From Gemmatimonadota bacterium (GTDB taxonomy: Bacteria; Gemmatimonadota; Gemmatimonadetes; Palauibacterales; Palauibacteraceae): a stretch of 64,000 nt of DNA. A model generated the notes under the pieces. It was not told where the DNA came from. It saw only the letters and a program-made list of their open reading frames with translations, and searched no databases. Every line of letters begins with the position of its first letter. Within the stretch, counting starts at the first letter, position 1. The DNA is taken from contig JBDGYE010000007.1 in NCBI GenBank assembly GCA_039584255.1, forward strand, positions 5,815 to 69,814, in the 5' to 3' direction. Below, piece by piece: positions 38,686 to 47,583 of the stretch. The translations under genes were made by a program, and so were the position numbers.

Positions 38686-39417
38686 ATGATCCGACTGCGG
38701 AAGGCGATCGCAATAGGTGCCCTGCTCGCGCTGGGTGGTCTGATCGTGACGCTGGAGAGGGGCTCGTACGGCGTCAACCCGCGACTGGTAGGTGCCACGC
38801 GGATGCTGCTCATCCCACTCGGCGCGACCATCTTCGGGCTGGCCCTGGACAAGTACTGGGCACGGTGGCTGGCCCTCGCGTCCGCCGTGGCCGTGCTTCC
38901 ATGGGCGGTTTACCTGACCTTCGGGCTGCCCCCGGGGGTCCCGCTGGCGCAGCAGTCCATAGCCCTGGTTTCGTCGGCTCTACTGCTCGTCACCCTATCG
39001 GGTCGGGCCATGTTCGAGCGCTACGAGGGCCGTGCAGCGACGGACTGGAGCGGACCCCGCATGGGGCTCGTGCGTTGGACGCTGATCCTCAACCTCGCCT
39101 CCACTGTCGGACTCTTCCTGTTCGTTGCCATGTACCGCTACCGCGTCGGGTGGCACGTCGCGCTCCCGGCAGCGCTGCTCGTCGGTCTGGTGGCGGGCGT
39201 CCTGCTGCTGGCCAGGCAGAAGACCATGGGCCTCCTGTTGGTCGCGCTCAGCTGCATTCTCTTCGTTCCCGCCGGGGCCTTCTTCGTGTGGAAGGAATCA
39301 AGCTACGCCGGAGGGGCCCGCATCTTCGCCGCCGGCTTCCTGCCAGGCATTCTGGCCGGCTGGGCCTGCCTGTTCGCGTTCGGAAAGCCCGTCTGGCGGG
39401 CGCTGCGTGCGGGCTGA
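38686..39417 (+). CDS. Hypothetical polytopic membrane protein (243 aa)
   Basis: Six to seven hydrophobic segments. No family recognised. Confidence 0.5.
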   Translation: MIRLRKAIAIGALLALGGLIVTLERGSYGVNPRLVGATRMLLIPLGATIFGLALDKYWARWLALASAVAVLPWAVYLTFGLPPGVPLAQQSIALVSSALLLVTLSGRAMFERYEGRAATDWSGPRMGLVRWTLILNLASTVGLFLFVAMYRYRVGWHVALPAALLVGLVAGVLLLARQKTMGLLLVALSCILFVPAGAFFVWKESSYAGGARIFAAGFLPGILAGWACLFAFGKPVWRALRAG

Positions 39418-39505
39418 ACGAGACATTCGAGTAGCAGGCCGTCGCCGAGCGTAGCTCTTGCTCGGGTCGAGAGGAATGGCTCCATAAGCTGGCTCGGGGA
39501 GTCGG

Positions 39506-40084
39506 CTACCGGCAGATCCAGATCGCTGCTCTCCCCGTGACGATCCCGAGCACGGCCCCCGCGACCGCCGGCGCCAGGAGTATCTCCAGGACTGGATACA
39601 AGGAGATTGCAGAGGCAACCGCCAATCCGGTGACGCTCAGGCCCCAACCCGCTGCGCTGGCCGGTATCCACCAGACCGATCGCCCCGTGTGCCGCCGCAG
39701 CATCAGATGCTGCAGGGTCCCGATCAAGCCCCCGCCTACGAGCAGGGTGACTGCCCACAGAATGGCGACCGGCCAGCTCCACTCGAATGGACGCTCAATG
39801 TTGAGGATGGCGGAGGCTACCAGACCCGAGAGGGTGAATGAGGCGGCCAGGCCCACCATGCTGGCCAGCACCCAGCCGGCCCACATCAATTCACCTGACT
39901 GCGGAACCAGACGGCGCAGGACGGGCCGTTGCATGAGACCCACGCCTGCGCCTACGCCGACCGGCAACATCAGAAAACCCAGGAGGAAATGGCCGAGTGT
40001 GACGGCCACGTAAGCGCCCATGAAGTAGCCCACCGTCGTCATCGCCGCCCACTGGAGCCAGAGAACGGTGTGCCTTCTTCTCAT
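39506..40084 (-). CDS. Hypothetical polytopic membrane protein (192 aa) with internal duplication
   Basis: Two similar halves, each ending in ...LMQRPVLRRL / ...LQHLMLRRH followed by W-rich TM helices. Confidence 0.5.
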   Translation of the reverse strand: MRRRHTVLWLQWAAMTTVGYFMGAYVAVTLGHFLLGFLMLPVGVGAGVGLMQRPVLRRLVPQSGELMWAGWVLASMVGLAASFTLSGLVASAILNIERPFEWSWPVAILWAVTLLVGGGLIGTLQHLMLRRHTGRSVWWIPASAAGWGLSVTGLAVASAISLYPVLEILLAPAVAGAVLGIVTGRAAIWICR

Positions 40085-40272
40085 CTCCGCCTGCTTTCGT
40101 CCGGAAGGGCAGAGCTGAACGCGGGGAGTCGCGGCGGGAGAGGGGCACGGCCGGGCTCGCCGAAGAGTCGAGCATAATATAGCGAATCGGCGCGGGTCCT
40201 CGAATGCCCCTGCTCCGGATGAATCCGAGGTGGCCCGGGATTCGTAAGTAAGAAGGAACAGGAGGGCGAGAC

Positions 40273-40509
40273 GTGGACAGATGCCATGGAAAGACGAAGT
40301 CCGGAACTCGCTGCAAGCGGTCGGTCCGCGAGGGCTTGCACTTCTGCACGGCGCACGCGGATCAGGCCGAAGCGAGGCCGAGAGACGAAGACTCTCCGGG
40401 TGAGACTTCCAGGGAGCGAGATCCGCTGGAGACCCTAGTCGTATTGGCGGCTGCAGGCGCCGTCGTCTACGCGGTCCTGACCCTCAGGCGTTTCTTCCGG
40501 TTCTTCTAG
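40273..40509 (+). CDS. Small Cys/His zinc-ribbon-like protein with C-terminal TM anchor (78 aa)
   Basis: CHGKTKSGTRCKRSVREGLHFCTAH (C-x10-C-x11-C-x2-H), an acidic linker, then TM LVVLAAAGAVVYAVLTL. Confidence 0.45.
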   Translation: MDRCHGKTKSGTRCKRSVREGLHFCTAHADQAEARPRDEDSPGETSRERDPLETLVVLAAAGAVVYAVLTLRRFFRFF

Positions 40510-40549
40510 CCGACCGGTCTCCGCAGCGCGTTACCTGAGAAACCTGAGA

Positions 40550-40590
40550 AGCACCGGGTGAGCAAGCGAAAGCACCCCGTGCGCGGTGGG
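40550..40590. repeat. Post-ORF hairpin repeat family, divergent copy
   Basis: CACCGGGTG-AGCAAGCGAAAG-CACCCCGTG: same loop as the other copies, but a different stem that still pairs. Lies directly 3' of the minus-strand ORF ending at 40599. Confidence 0.55.
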
Positions 40591-40598
40591 TCAGTGGC

Positions 40599-40778
40599 CT
40601 ATCCCATCCAGAAGCCCTTGCGATGCGAAATGCCCAAGACCTTGCGACAGCCCCCGCAGAAGTACACGAAGCGTCTCCCCATCATGCCGGCAAGCTGCTG
40701 ATACCACACGGTACGCAGCTCAGTTGAGCAATGGGGGCAGATAGGCTGAACATTCTCGCTCCTGGCGCACTCGATCAT
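40599..40778 (-). CDS. Small zinc-ribbon protein (59 aa)
   Basis: The internal Met (MIECARSEN) gives CPHC...x19...CGGC. The upstream part of the track ORF looks non-coding. Confidence 0.4.
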   Translation of the reverse strand: MIECARSENVQPICPHCSTELRTVWYQQLAGMMGRRFVYFCGGCRKVLGISHRKGFWMG

Positions 40779-41159
40779 GGCAATCCGTCCCAAGGCCTGT
40801 GTTTCGATGTGGGCGTCCTCCGCAGGAGACCGCACTGTGAGGACGCGCTCGTGGTCCCATAAGGCGCCTCCAGGTGGGCATACCGCAGCCAGAAGAGGCT
40901 TCTGGCAAGGATACTCGGCGGGACCGTGCCCGCACGATGCTCCCTGGCCCAAGTGCAGTCAACTGTTGCGGGGACGCACCATGTTCCCCATCGCGGTGAC
41001 GACTACCGGTGCGTGGAAGCGGCTTTCGAACGCGGCGGGGCACCCGGGACACGGGAACCTCACCGATCAGAAGGACTGCGGGCACTCAGGCAGGCGCGGC
41101 AGCGGTCGGCGGCTTTTCGGTTTCGGCGAGGAACCAGTTGGAGCAATCGTGCTAGAGGG

Positions 41160-41465
41160 CTAGCCGATCCACTGCCGTTCCATCACAGCGCGCTCTGCCT
41201 GCTCGGCCTCGAGCTTGGCCCTGGCCCGATCGAGCTCGGCCTTGAGATCCGCGCATAGTCTCAGGATCTCCCGCGGGTCGTCCTGTTCCCGCAGGGCGAG
41301 GCGGAGACCCAGCCCGTGTACGGCGTACAGAGCCAGCAGCAACGCCGCCATGCCGTAAATCGGGTTGGGGGTAATGAATCCAAGGACGCCCGTCGCCGCG
41401 GCGATGGCACCGATGATCAGCAGGAACGAAAGGCTCACCGTAGGCATCGTCTTCGCTTCAATCAA
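41160..41465 (-). CDS. Small membrane protein with C-terminal coiled-coil (about 95-101 aa)
   Basis: Two TM helices, then LKAELDRARAKLEAEQAERA. Start at 41465 or 41447. Confidence 0.45.
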   Translation of the reverse strand: MIEAKTMPTVSLSFLLIIGAIAAATGVLGFITPNPIYGMAALLLALYAVHGLGLRLALREQDDPREILRLCADLKAELDRARAKLEAEQAERAVMERQWIG

Positions 41466-41723
41466 GAGACACTGTATGCCGAGATTTCCGCGGCGAGTAC
41501 CGTGCCGCGAGGCGATTGCGAGGGGTTGTCCTGTAAGCGTTTGAAATTCAGGAAGATAGAGTATAGCGCCGGGTCATAGATCTTCCATGGAATCTGTGGC
41601 GTCGGCTCATCACCTGTTGCACGACACCAACAATCAGGTCCGGTTCAGCTCCCGGCCAGGCGGGGTCCGGCCTGCCGCCGTGACGGTATACTGGCGCCCG
41701 GCGATAAGATACGGGCAAGCGGA

Positions 41724-41753
41724 AACGGGGAAGCCGTTCAAGGCTTCCCCGTT
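41724..41753 (-). terminator. Strong hairpin about 155 nt downstream of the disulfide-reductase gene
   Basis: AACGGGGAAGCC-N6-GGCTTCCCCGTT, a perfect 12-bp stem. On the minus strand it is followed by TTCCGCTT (weak U tract). Confidence 0.4.
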
Positions 41754-41911
41754 CTCGTGGGTCGTAGTCGCCAGACTGGACGTCCGCGTCCGGTCTTCAG
41801 GGTTTGCGAATCGCCCACACCCGCTACGATGCGTGAAAAAGAAGGCGCGTCAAGCGCTCTCGGCAGAGCGGAAGTCGATTAGGTTGCTCTGGACAGGTAT
41901 CTGAACGCTTG

Positions 41912-43318
41912 TCAGTGGTCCAGCGTCATGAAGAGGTTGTTGAGAGACTCGGCCAGAGTCGGATGGGCGATCACCGAGTCACGGAGCACGGAGTACGCCA
42001 GGTCTCCCAGCATCGCCATCTGAAGGACGGAAACGACTTCTCCCCCCTCAGTGCCCAGAATCGCCGCTCCCAGGATGCGCCCCGTGGAATTGTCTACGAC
42101 GGCCTTCATGAAGCCTCGGGTCTCGTTTACCTCGATAGCCCTCGCGACTCGAGACATGGGGAGCTTTGCAACTCGGATGTCTAGGCCCTTGTCCCGGGCC
42201 TCGCGTTCTGTGAGACCCACACGTCCAAGCTGCGGATCGGTGAACAGGGCGTAGGGAAGCAGTCGATCCGTCGTCGTCCGTCGTTTGCCTTCGAGCAGAT
42301 TCACCCGGATCACCCTGTAGTCGTCGTACGCGGTGTGCGTGAACGGCGGCGCCCCCGTTACGTCGCCCAGCGCCCAGATACCTTCCACCTTGGTCTCGCA
42401 GCGCTCGTTGACCGGTATCCATCCGCGCTCGTCCACCGCCAACCCGGTTGACTCGAGCCGGAGAAGATCAGCATTCGAGGTTCGGCCGGCGGACACGAGA
42501 AGGTGGCTGCCCGACAGCACGCTCTCCTTGTCCCCGGTCCGGACATGAAGATCGATGCCGCTCCCCGTCGACTGCACAGAGACAGCCTCGGTCTCGGTCC
42601 GTACCTTCACTCCCTCTTGCTCGAGGATTTCGCGCATCGCCTTGGTAACGTCAGCATCCTCGCGCGGTATGAGGCTCGGGCCCTTTTGGACGATCGTCAC
42701 CTCCGCCCCGAAACGGCAGAACATCTGGCCGAACTCCAGGCCGATGAAGCCGCCCCCGAGGACGAGCAGGTGATCCGGAACCTCCTCCAGCTCCATTATC
42801 GAGGTAGAAGTCAGGTATGCCACTGTGTCGAGCCCGGCGATCGCCGGGATGCGGGGTCTCCCGCCCACGTTGAGGAAGATGTGGTCGGATTTGAGGCGTC
42901 GCGTCCCGCCGTCCGTGAGCGCCACTTCCACCTCCCGGATACCTACAAACCACGCCTCGCCGAGGATGAGTTCGAGGTTCGCGTGGCGCTGCAGGCCCTT
43001 CTGGCTGCCCTCGCTCCATTCGTCGACGATGCGGCGCTTGCGTTGCCGCACGACTTCGAGGTCTACAGAGACCGAGCCGGTCCTCACGCCGTACTCCACG
43101 GCGCGGCGTGCCAGGTACGCGACTCTCGCGCTGGCCAACATCGTCTTGGTCGGGGTGCAACCGGCGACGACGCAGGTTCCTCCCACGCGTCCCTTTTCAA
43201 CGATGGCCGTACGCCAGCCGGCACGGGCGAGGTCGGCAGCGAGAGGCTTTCCGCCCTGACCCGTTCCGATAACGATCGCGTCCAGGCGCTCCGCTTGAGA
43301 CTGGGTGGATGCTTCCAA
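41912..43318 (-). CDS. Pyridine-nucleotide-disulfide oxidoreductase (mercuric-reductase / dihydrolipoamide-dehydrogenase-like, class I)
   Basis: DAIVIGTGQGG FAD motif. Redox-active GGTCVVAGCTPTK. Second Rossmann motif LLVLGGGFIGLE. C-terminal AHPTLAESL. No in-frame ATG at the N-terminus; TTG at 43318 lies 4 nt after AAAGGAGG. Confidence 0.8.
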   Translation of the reverse strand: MEASTQSQAERLDAIVIGTGQGGKPLAADLARAGWRTAIVEKGRVGGTCVVAGCTPTKTMLASARVAYLARRAVEYGVRTGSVSVDLEVVRQRKRRIVDEWSEGSQKGLQRHANLELILGEAWFVGIREVEVALTDGGTRRLKSDHIFLNVGGRPRIPAIAGLDTVAYLTSTSIMELEEVPDHLLVLGGGFIGLEFGQMFCRFGAEVTIVQKGPSLIPREDADVTKAMREILEQEGVKVRTETEAVSVQSTGSGIDLHVRTGDKESVLSGSHLLVSAGRTSNADLLRLESTGLAVDERGWIPVNERCETKVEGIWALGDVTGAPPFTHTAYDDYRVIRVNLLEGKRRTTTDRLLPYALFTDPQLGRVGLTEREARDKGLDIRVAKLPMSRVARAIEVNETRGFMKAVVDNSTGRILGAAILGTEGGEVVSVLQMAMLGDLAYSVLRDSVIAHPTLAESLNNLFMTLDH

Positions 43319-43398
43319 AGGGCCTCCTTTGACTCTTCGCAGGTTGACGTCATGGTCCGGTATGGCCCACCCGGGATCCGCTATCGGAACCCGGCAGC

Positions 43399-43860
43399 TC
43401 AAGTGTCCGCCGCTGCGGCGGCCTCGGCCATGGCCGCCAGCGCGCCGCTGATCTTCTCGAGTACGGCCATGCAGGCCTCCAGGTGGTGACGCTCGGCCAG
43501 GTGGGACGGCGGATCGTAGCCGATCCAGACCTTCCCGACCTTGTCCTCGAACACGAGGTACTTGAGCGGCAGATCGATTCCGACCGTCGCGTCGCACTTC
43601 ATCAACTGCGTGCCGATCGCCGGGTTGCCGAAGATCAGGAGCTCCATCGGCGGCACCTCCTCGCCGACCGCCCGGGCGCCGGCGGCATGGTCGATCCGAC
43701 TGAATCTCTGCAGGTTCCGCTCTTCGAGGATGGCCTCCAGGCGATCGACCGTCTGGCCTACGGTATGATTGCTCTCGACCGTTTGAAGCGCCGATGTGTG
43801 CTCCTGCGAACTCAGCGCGAGCGCCGTGAGCAGCAGTGACAGGTATAGCATTCCACCCAC
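43399..43860 (-). CDS. DUF302-domain protein with signal peptide
   Basis: Pattern ...RIDHAAGA...ELLIFGNPAIGTQLM...IDLPLKYLVFED. Confidence 0.7.
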   Translation of the reverse strand: MGGMLYLSLLLTALALSSQEHTSALQTVESNHTVGQTVDRLEAILEERNLQRFSRIDHAAGARAVGEEVPPMELLIFGNPAIGTQLMKCDATVGIDLPLKYLVFEDKVGKVWIGYDPPSHLAERHHLEACMAVLEKISGALAAMAEAAAAADT

Positions 43861-44271
43861 CTATGTGTTCGAGGTCGTCCCGATGGCTCCGCCAGCCGAT
43901 CATCTACTCCGGCGGGGAAAGAGCCACTTCGATTCGCGGTGTATCTCAGGGTGCCCCAAGAAGGACGAGCCGACACGATGCGTCAACCTTGGCGCGGTGT
44001 CGGTACCGCGCCCGCCGCCGGGGCGGCCCGAAGCGAAGCGCCGTACGTGGCACAGCCGCAGACTCGCTTTGTCACGGCGCGTCTCGACTCGTTGAGACTG
44101 GCGGTTCCCAGGTGCCCGAAAGCCACACCTTGACAGGGCTGGCTGCCGGCGCCGGCCGGGTTCCAGCGAGATTGGCACGAGGCGCAAGATAGGCCTATTC
44201 TCAACGCCGGCACCCTAGAGACACCCGGTTCTCAAACCGGAATCTGACAGGAATCGACAAATGGAGGTGAC

Positions 44272-44856
44272 ATGAGAAGTCGAACAGGCCTGATCGCATG
44301 TGCGGTGCTGCTTCCCCTGTTCTTTCCCGTCGCGACCCTGGCCCAGGAGCCGGAACAGGACGAAGCCATGGCGGCGTACATCGCCGCGGCCGCCCCCGGC
44401 GAAGAGCACGAGTGGCTCGCCAGCATGGCCGGTGAGTACGAAGTGACAACGAAGATGTGGATGGATCCGTCGGTGGAGCCTGCGGTTTCCACCGGTTCGC
44501 AGAAGTCGAAGATGGCGCTCGGTGGCCGCTATCTAATGGACCACTACGAGGGCTCGTTCGGAGGCATGCCCTTCGAGGGCGTGGGAATGACCGGCTACGA
44601 CAACACGCTCGGCAAGTTCGTCAGCTCCTGGATCGACAGCATGGGTAGCGGCATTCTCTCCAGCGTGGGCGAGCGCGACGAGGAGGGACGGCTGGTGATG
44701 GTGGGCTCGTTCGAGGACCCGGCGTCGGGGATGATGATGAAGCTCAAATCGGTGACCTGGGTGACCGACGACGGCTATATGAGCGAGATGTACAACATCC
44801 TCCCGGACGGGTCAGAGTTCAAGTCGATGGAGCTCACGGCCAAACGTCACGAATAG
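44272..44856 (+). CDS. DUF1579-like secreted protein
   Basis: Signal peptide. Pattern G.YEVTTKMWMDP...LGGRYL...FEGVGMTGYDN....W.DSMG. Confidence 0.65.
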   Translation: MRSRTGLIACAVLLPLFFPVATLAQEPEQDEAMAAYIAAAAPGEEHEWLASMAGEYEVTTKMWMDPSVEPAVSTGSQKSKMALGGRYLMDHYEGSFGGMPFEGVGMTGYDNTLGKFVSSWIDSMGSGILSSVGERDEEGRLVMVGSFEDPASGMMMKLKSVTWVTDDGYMSEMYNILPDGSEFKSMELTAKRHE

Positions 44857-44877
44857 GCATGGTATGCGGCCTTATCG

Positions 44878-45108
44878 ATGGAGCGGGAGGGCACAACCAT
44901 GCTTGACGAGCAGGTATTCAATCTGGAGATCCGAAAGCTCCTCAAACGCTTCGGCGTATCCGCGCAGCGTGAGGTAGAGCGAGCCGTTTGGTCGGGGATC
45001 GAATCGGGTGAACTGTCTGGCGGTGAAGCGCTAGAGGCGTCGGTCACTCTGGCAATCGACAGCCTCAGCTTGCGCTTCCGCATAGAGGACACGATCCGAC
45101 TCTCGTAG
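44878..45108 (+). CDS. Small conserved-looking hypothetical protein (69-76 aa)
   Basis: FNLEIRKLLKRFGVSAQREVERAV pattern seen in small uncharacterised proteins. Start at 44878 or 44899. Confidence 0.5.
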   Translation: MEREGTTMLDEQVFNLEIRKLLKRFGVSAQREVERAVWSGIESGELSGGEALEASVTLAIDSLSLRFRIEDTIRLS

Positions 45109-45143
45109 CGCGTCCGCGACGGCAGACCATGTCACAGTAGGCA

Positions 45144-47267
45144 TCATACCAGGCTCCTGTATTCCCGCCGGATCTGACGGATACCCGGCGGGTCGCCGAC
45201 GATGCTGAGACGGTCTCCGTCGCGGAGCACGGTGTCGCCGCCGGGTACGAGGATCTCCTGGCCACGGCGGATCAGGGCGACCAGAGTACCCTCCGGCCAC
45301 TGCACCTCCTTCAGTGTCCGCCCGATGAGCGGCGCCGACGCCGCCTCCCTCGTTACCCATAGCGAGAGGAAGCGCTCGTCCTGGAGAATCGCCCCTTTCA
45401 GGTGGTGGGCGTGCGAGACCGACAGCCAGGTGTCCATGAAGTCCTCGTCGTCCACCCGCCCGGCGATGCCTGCCAGGAGCCGCAGGTGTTGCCCCGGGTT
45501 CTGCTCCGGGCTCACAAGAAAGAACACGGCGCGGATGAGCTCGCCGTGGGGGCGGTCGTCGGCAAACTGGTCGCCCACAGACACCTTGATCCCGCTCTTC
45601 GATCGGACCAGTACGAGCTCCGGCGCACGGGCTTCGGTAAGCCTGAGATGGGGCAGAGCCGCGCCATGAGAGACTGGGGTGGCGCCGGTCAGCGTCCCGC
45701 GCATGAAGCCTTCCGCGAGCTGGTCGGCGCTCGCCGGGAGCCGGTGCGCCAACAGCGCCGCGGCGCGCTGGGTCGCCTCCTCGAAGCTGACGTCCGCCTC
45801 CAGGTCTACCACATATGCCCGCGCCACGACTTCGTCGAAGGGGTCCTGCGCCCGCAGTCCTTTCTCCTTTAGGATGCCCCGGAGCTCCGGGTCCAGGCCC
45901 TCGAACCGCCGTTCTCCGAGGCGCTCGAACCAGTGGAAGACCGCACCGTCCCGAACCACCCGATCCCGGGCCCAGTAGAAGTACCAGCCAAGGCAGGCCG
46001 CCACGAGGCCGATGGAGAAGAAGATCGGCATGAGGCCCATTACAGCGATGAGGAGGAAGGGGGCCAGGAGGCCGAAGATCTGGATCCAAGGGTAGAGCGG
46101 CGCCCGGAAGCCCGGGTCGTAGGCCTCGATCTGGCTCTCTCGCATCACGATCACCGCCAGGTTCACAAGGGCGAAGATCAGGAGCTGAAAGGTGCTGGCC
46201 AGCTTGGCCACGTTCACCACGTCCAAGGTCCAGATGGCAAGGGCCATCAGGGCGCCGGTGGCGAGCAGGGCGAGAGTCGGCGTCCTGAAGCGGCCCAGGT
46301 AACCCAAGCGCCGGGATACGAGGTTGTCGCGGGCCATGGCCAGCGGGTACCGCGAGGCGGCCATGATCCCAGCGTTCCCGGCCGCCGCCAGCCCGGCGAT
46401 GGCGGGCACGACTACGAGTCCCAAGGCCGCCCCCGCGGGCAGCCAGTCGAAGATCCGAACCCCCGCCGTGGCCACCGGCGTCAGGTCGCCGTGGAGGGTC
46501 GCTGGCTCGATCACCGAAACCATGATGAAGATGCCCACCACGTACACCGCCGAGGCCGTGATCAGGGCCAGCAGCATCCCGAGGGGTAGGTTCCGGTCAG
46601 GGTCGCGGACCTCCTCGGAGACGCTCGCCACCTTGGTGAGTCCGGCGTACGAGATGAAGACCAGCCCGATGGTGGCAGCCAGTCCCTCACCACCGTGGGT
46701 GAGGAACGGCGAGAACCGGCTGCGCGTGGCCTCCGTCGTTTCGTGACCCAGAACGCTGAGCAGGCCCGCCAGGACAAAAGCTCCGAGCAGGCCGAGGACG
46801 AGGATCACGAGGAAGCGCTGGAGGCCGCTCGTCTCCTTTGCGCCCAGCACATTGGTCGCGATGAATACGAGCGTCAGCCCTATGGCCACCGCCTTCACAG
46901 GGTAGTTGAGGAACAGGGCCAGGTAGGCGCCCATGCCGATGAGGGCAAAGGCACTCTTCAGGATCAGCACCAACCACGTTCCCAGGCCGCCCACCGTGCC
47001 GACCATGGGCCCGAGACTCCGGTCCAGGAAGTAGTAGGTGCCCCCGGCCCGGGGCATGGCCGTGGCCAGCTCCGCCTTGCTGAGCATTGCGGGGAGGACC
47101 AGAAAGCCGGCCAGAAAGTAGGCCAGCACGACCGACGGGCCGGTCTTCGCGGCGGCCAACCCCGGAAGAAGGAAGAAGCCGGAGCTCAGCATCGGGCCCA
47201 ACGCGATGACGTACACGTCGAGCAGGCTCAGCTCTTTCTTGAGACGGGCGGCGCCGTCGAATGCCAA
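45144..47267 (-). CDS. APC-family amino-acid permease fused to PTS-EIIA(Fru/Ntr)-like and TrkA-C domains
   Basis: N-terminal 12-TM permease (ALGPMLSSGFFLLPG, AELATAMPRAGGTYYF). EIIA-like region with ...VSHGAALPHLRL. C-terminal TrkA-C pattern LIGRTLKEVQWPEGTLVALIRRG...VLRDGDRLSIVG. Confidence 0.8.
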   Translation of the reverse strand: MAFDGAARLKKELSLLDVYVIALGPMLSSGFFLLPGLAAAKTGPSVVLAYFLAGFLVLPAMLSKAELATAMPRAGGTYYFLDRSLGPMVGTVGGLGTWLVLILKSAFALIGMGAYLALFLNYPVKAVAIGLTLVFIATNVLGAKETSGLQRFLVILVLGLLGAFVLAGLLSVLGHETTEATRSRFSPFLTHGGEGLAATIGLVFISYAGLTKVASVSEEVRDPDRNLPLGMLLALITASAVYVVGIFIMVSVIEPATLHGDLTPVATAGVRIFDWLPAGAALGLVVVPAIAGLAAAGNAGIMAASRYPLAMARDNLVSRRLGYLGRFRTPTLALLATGALMALAIWTLDVVNVAKLASTFQLLIFALVNLAVIVMRESQIEAYDPGFRAPLYPWIQIFGLLAPFLLIAVMGLMPIFFSIGLVAACLGWYFYWARDRVVRDGAVFHWFERLGERRFEGLDPELRGILKEKGLRAQDPFDEVVARAYVVDLEADVSFEEATQRAAALLAHRLPASADQLAEGFMRGTLTGATPVSHGAALPHLRLTEARAPELVLVRSKSGIKVSVGDQFADDRPHGELIRAVFFLVSPEQNPGQHLRLLAGIAGRVDDEDFMDTWLSVSHAHHLKGAILQDERFLSLWVTREAASAPLIGRTLKEVQWPEGTLVALIRRGQEILVPGGDTVLRDGDRLSIVGDPPGIRQIRREYRSLV

Positions 47268-47583
47268 GTGTGTCGCTCCTGGTTCGAGACCCGAGAGCGA
47301 ATGTAGGGGGGTTCGGGGCGCCGCGCGCGGCTGGCTGCGCGCGAAGCTCAGAAGTGCGTGCGGCGCAGGCGCCCTTGAGCAGTGTACCTGGAAGCCTGTG
47401 CGGGCCGGCTCGCAGCCGTGGCAAGCGGTCCGGGCGTCGCGCTCCTACTCCAGCCCCAGCTTCTGGAGCAGCTCACCGAAGCGTGGATTCGCTCGCAGCG
47501 CGTCGGCGGACGGGTCGGTATTCAGAGGAAACGGGAACGAGCCTAGACTTCACGAACCCTCTATTCTGTGCCGCGCGCGGGAG

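Noticed and set aside
41587-41904. 105-aa plus-strand ORF in the 41.47-41.91 kb intergenic region
   Set aside because: It has odd composition and no RBS, and it contains the strong 12-bp hairpin. It is more likely a 3' UTR or intergenic sequence.
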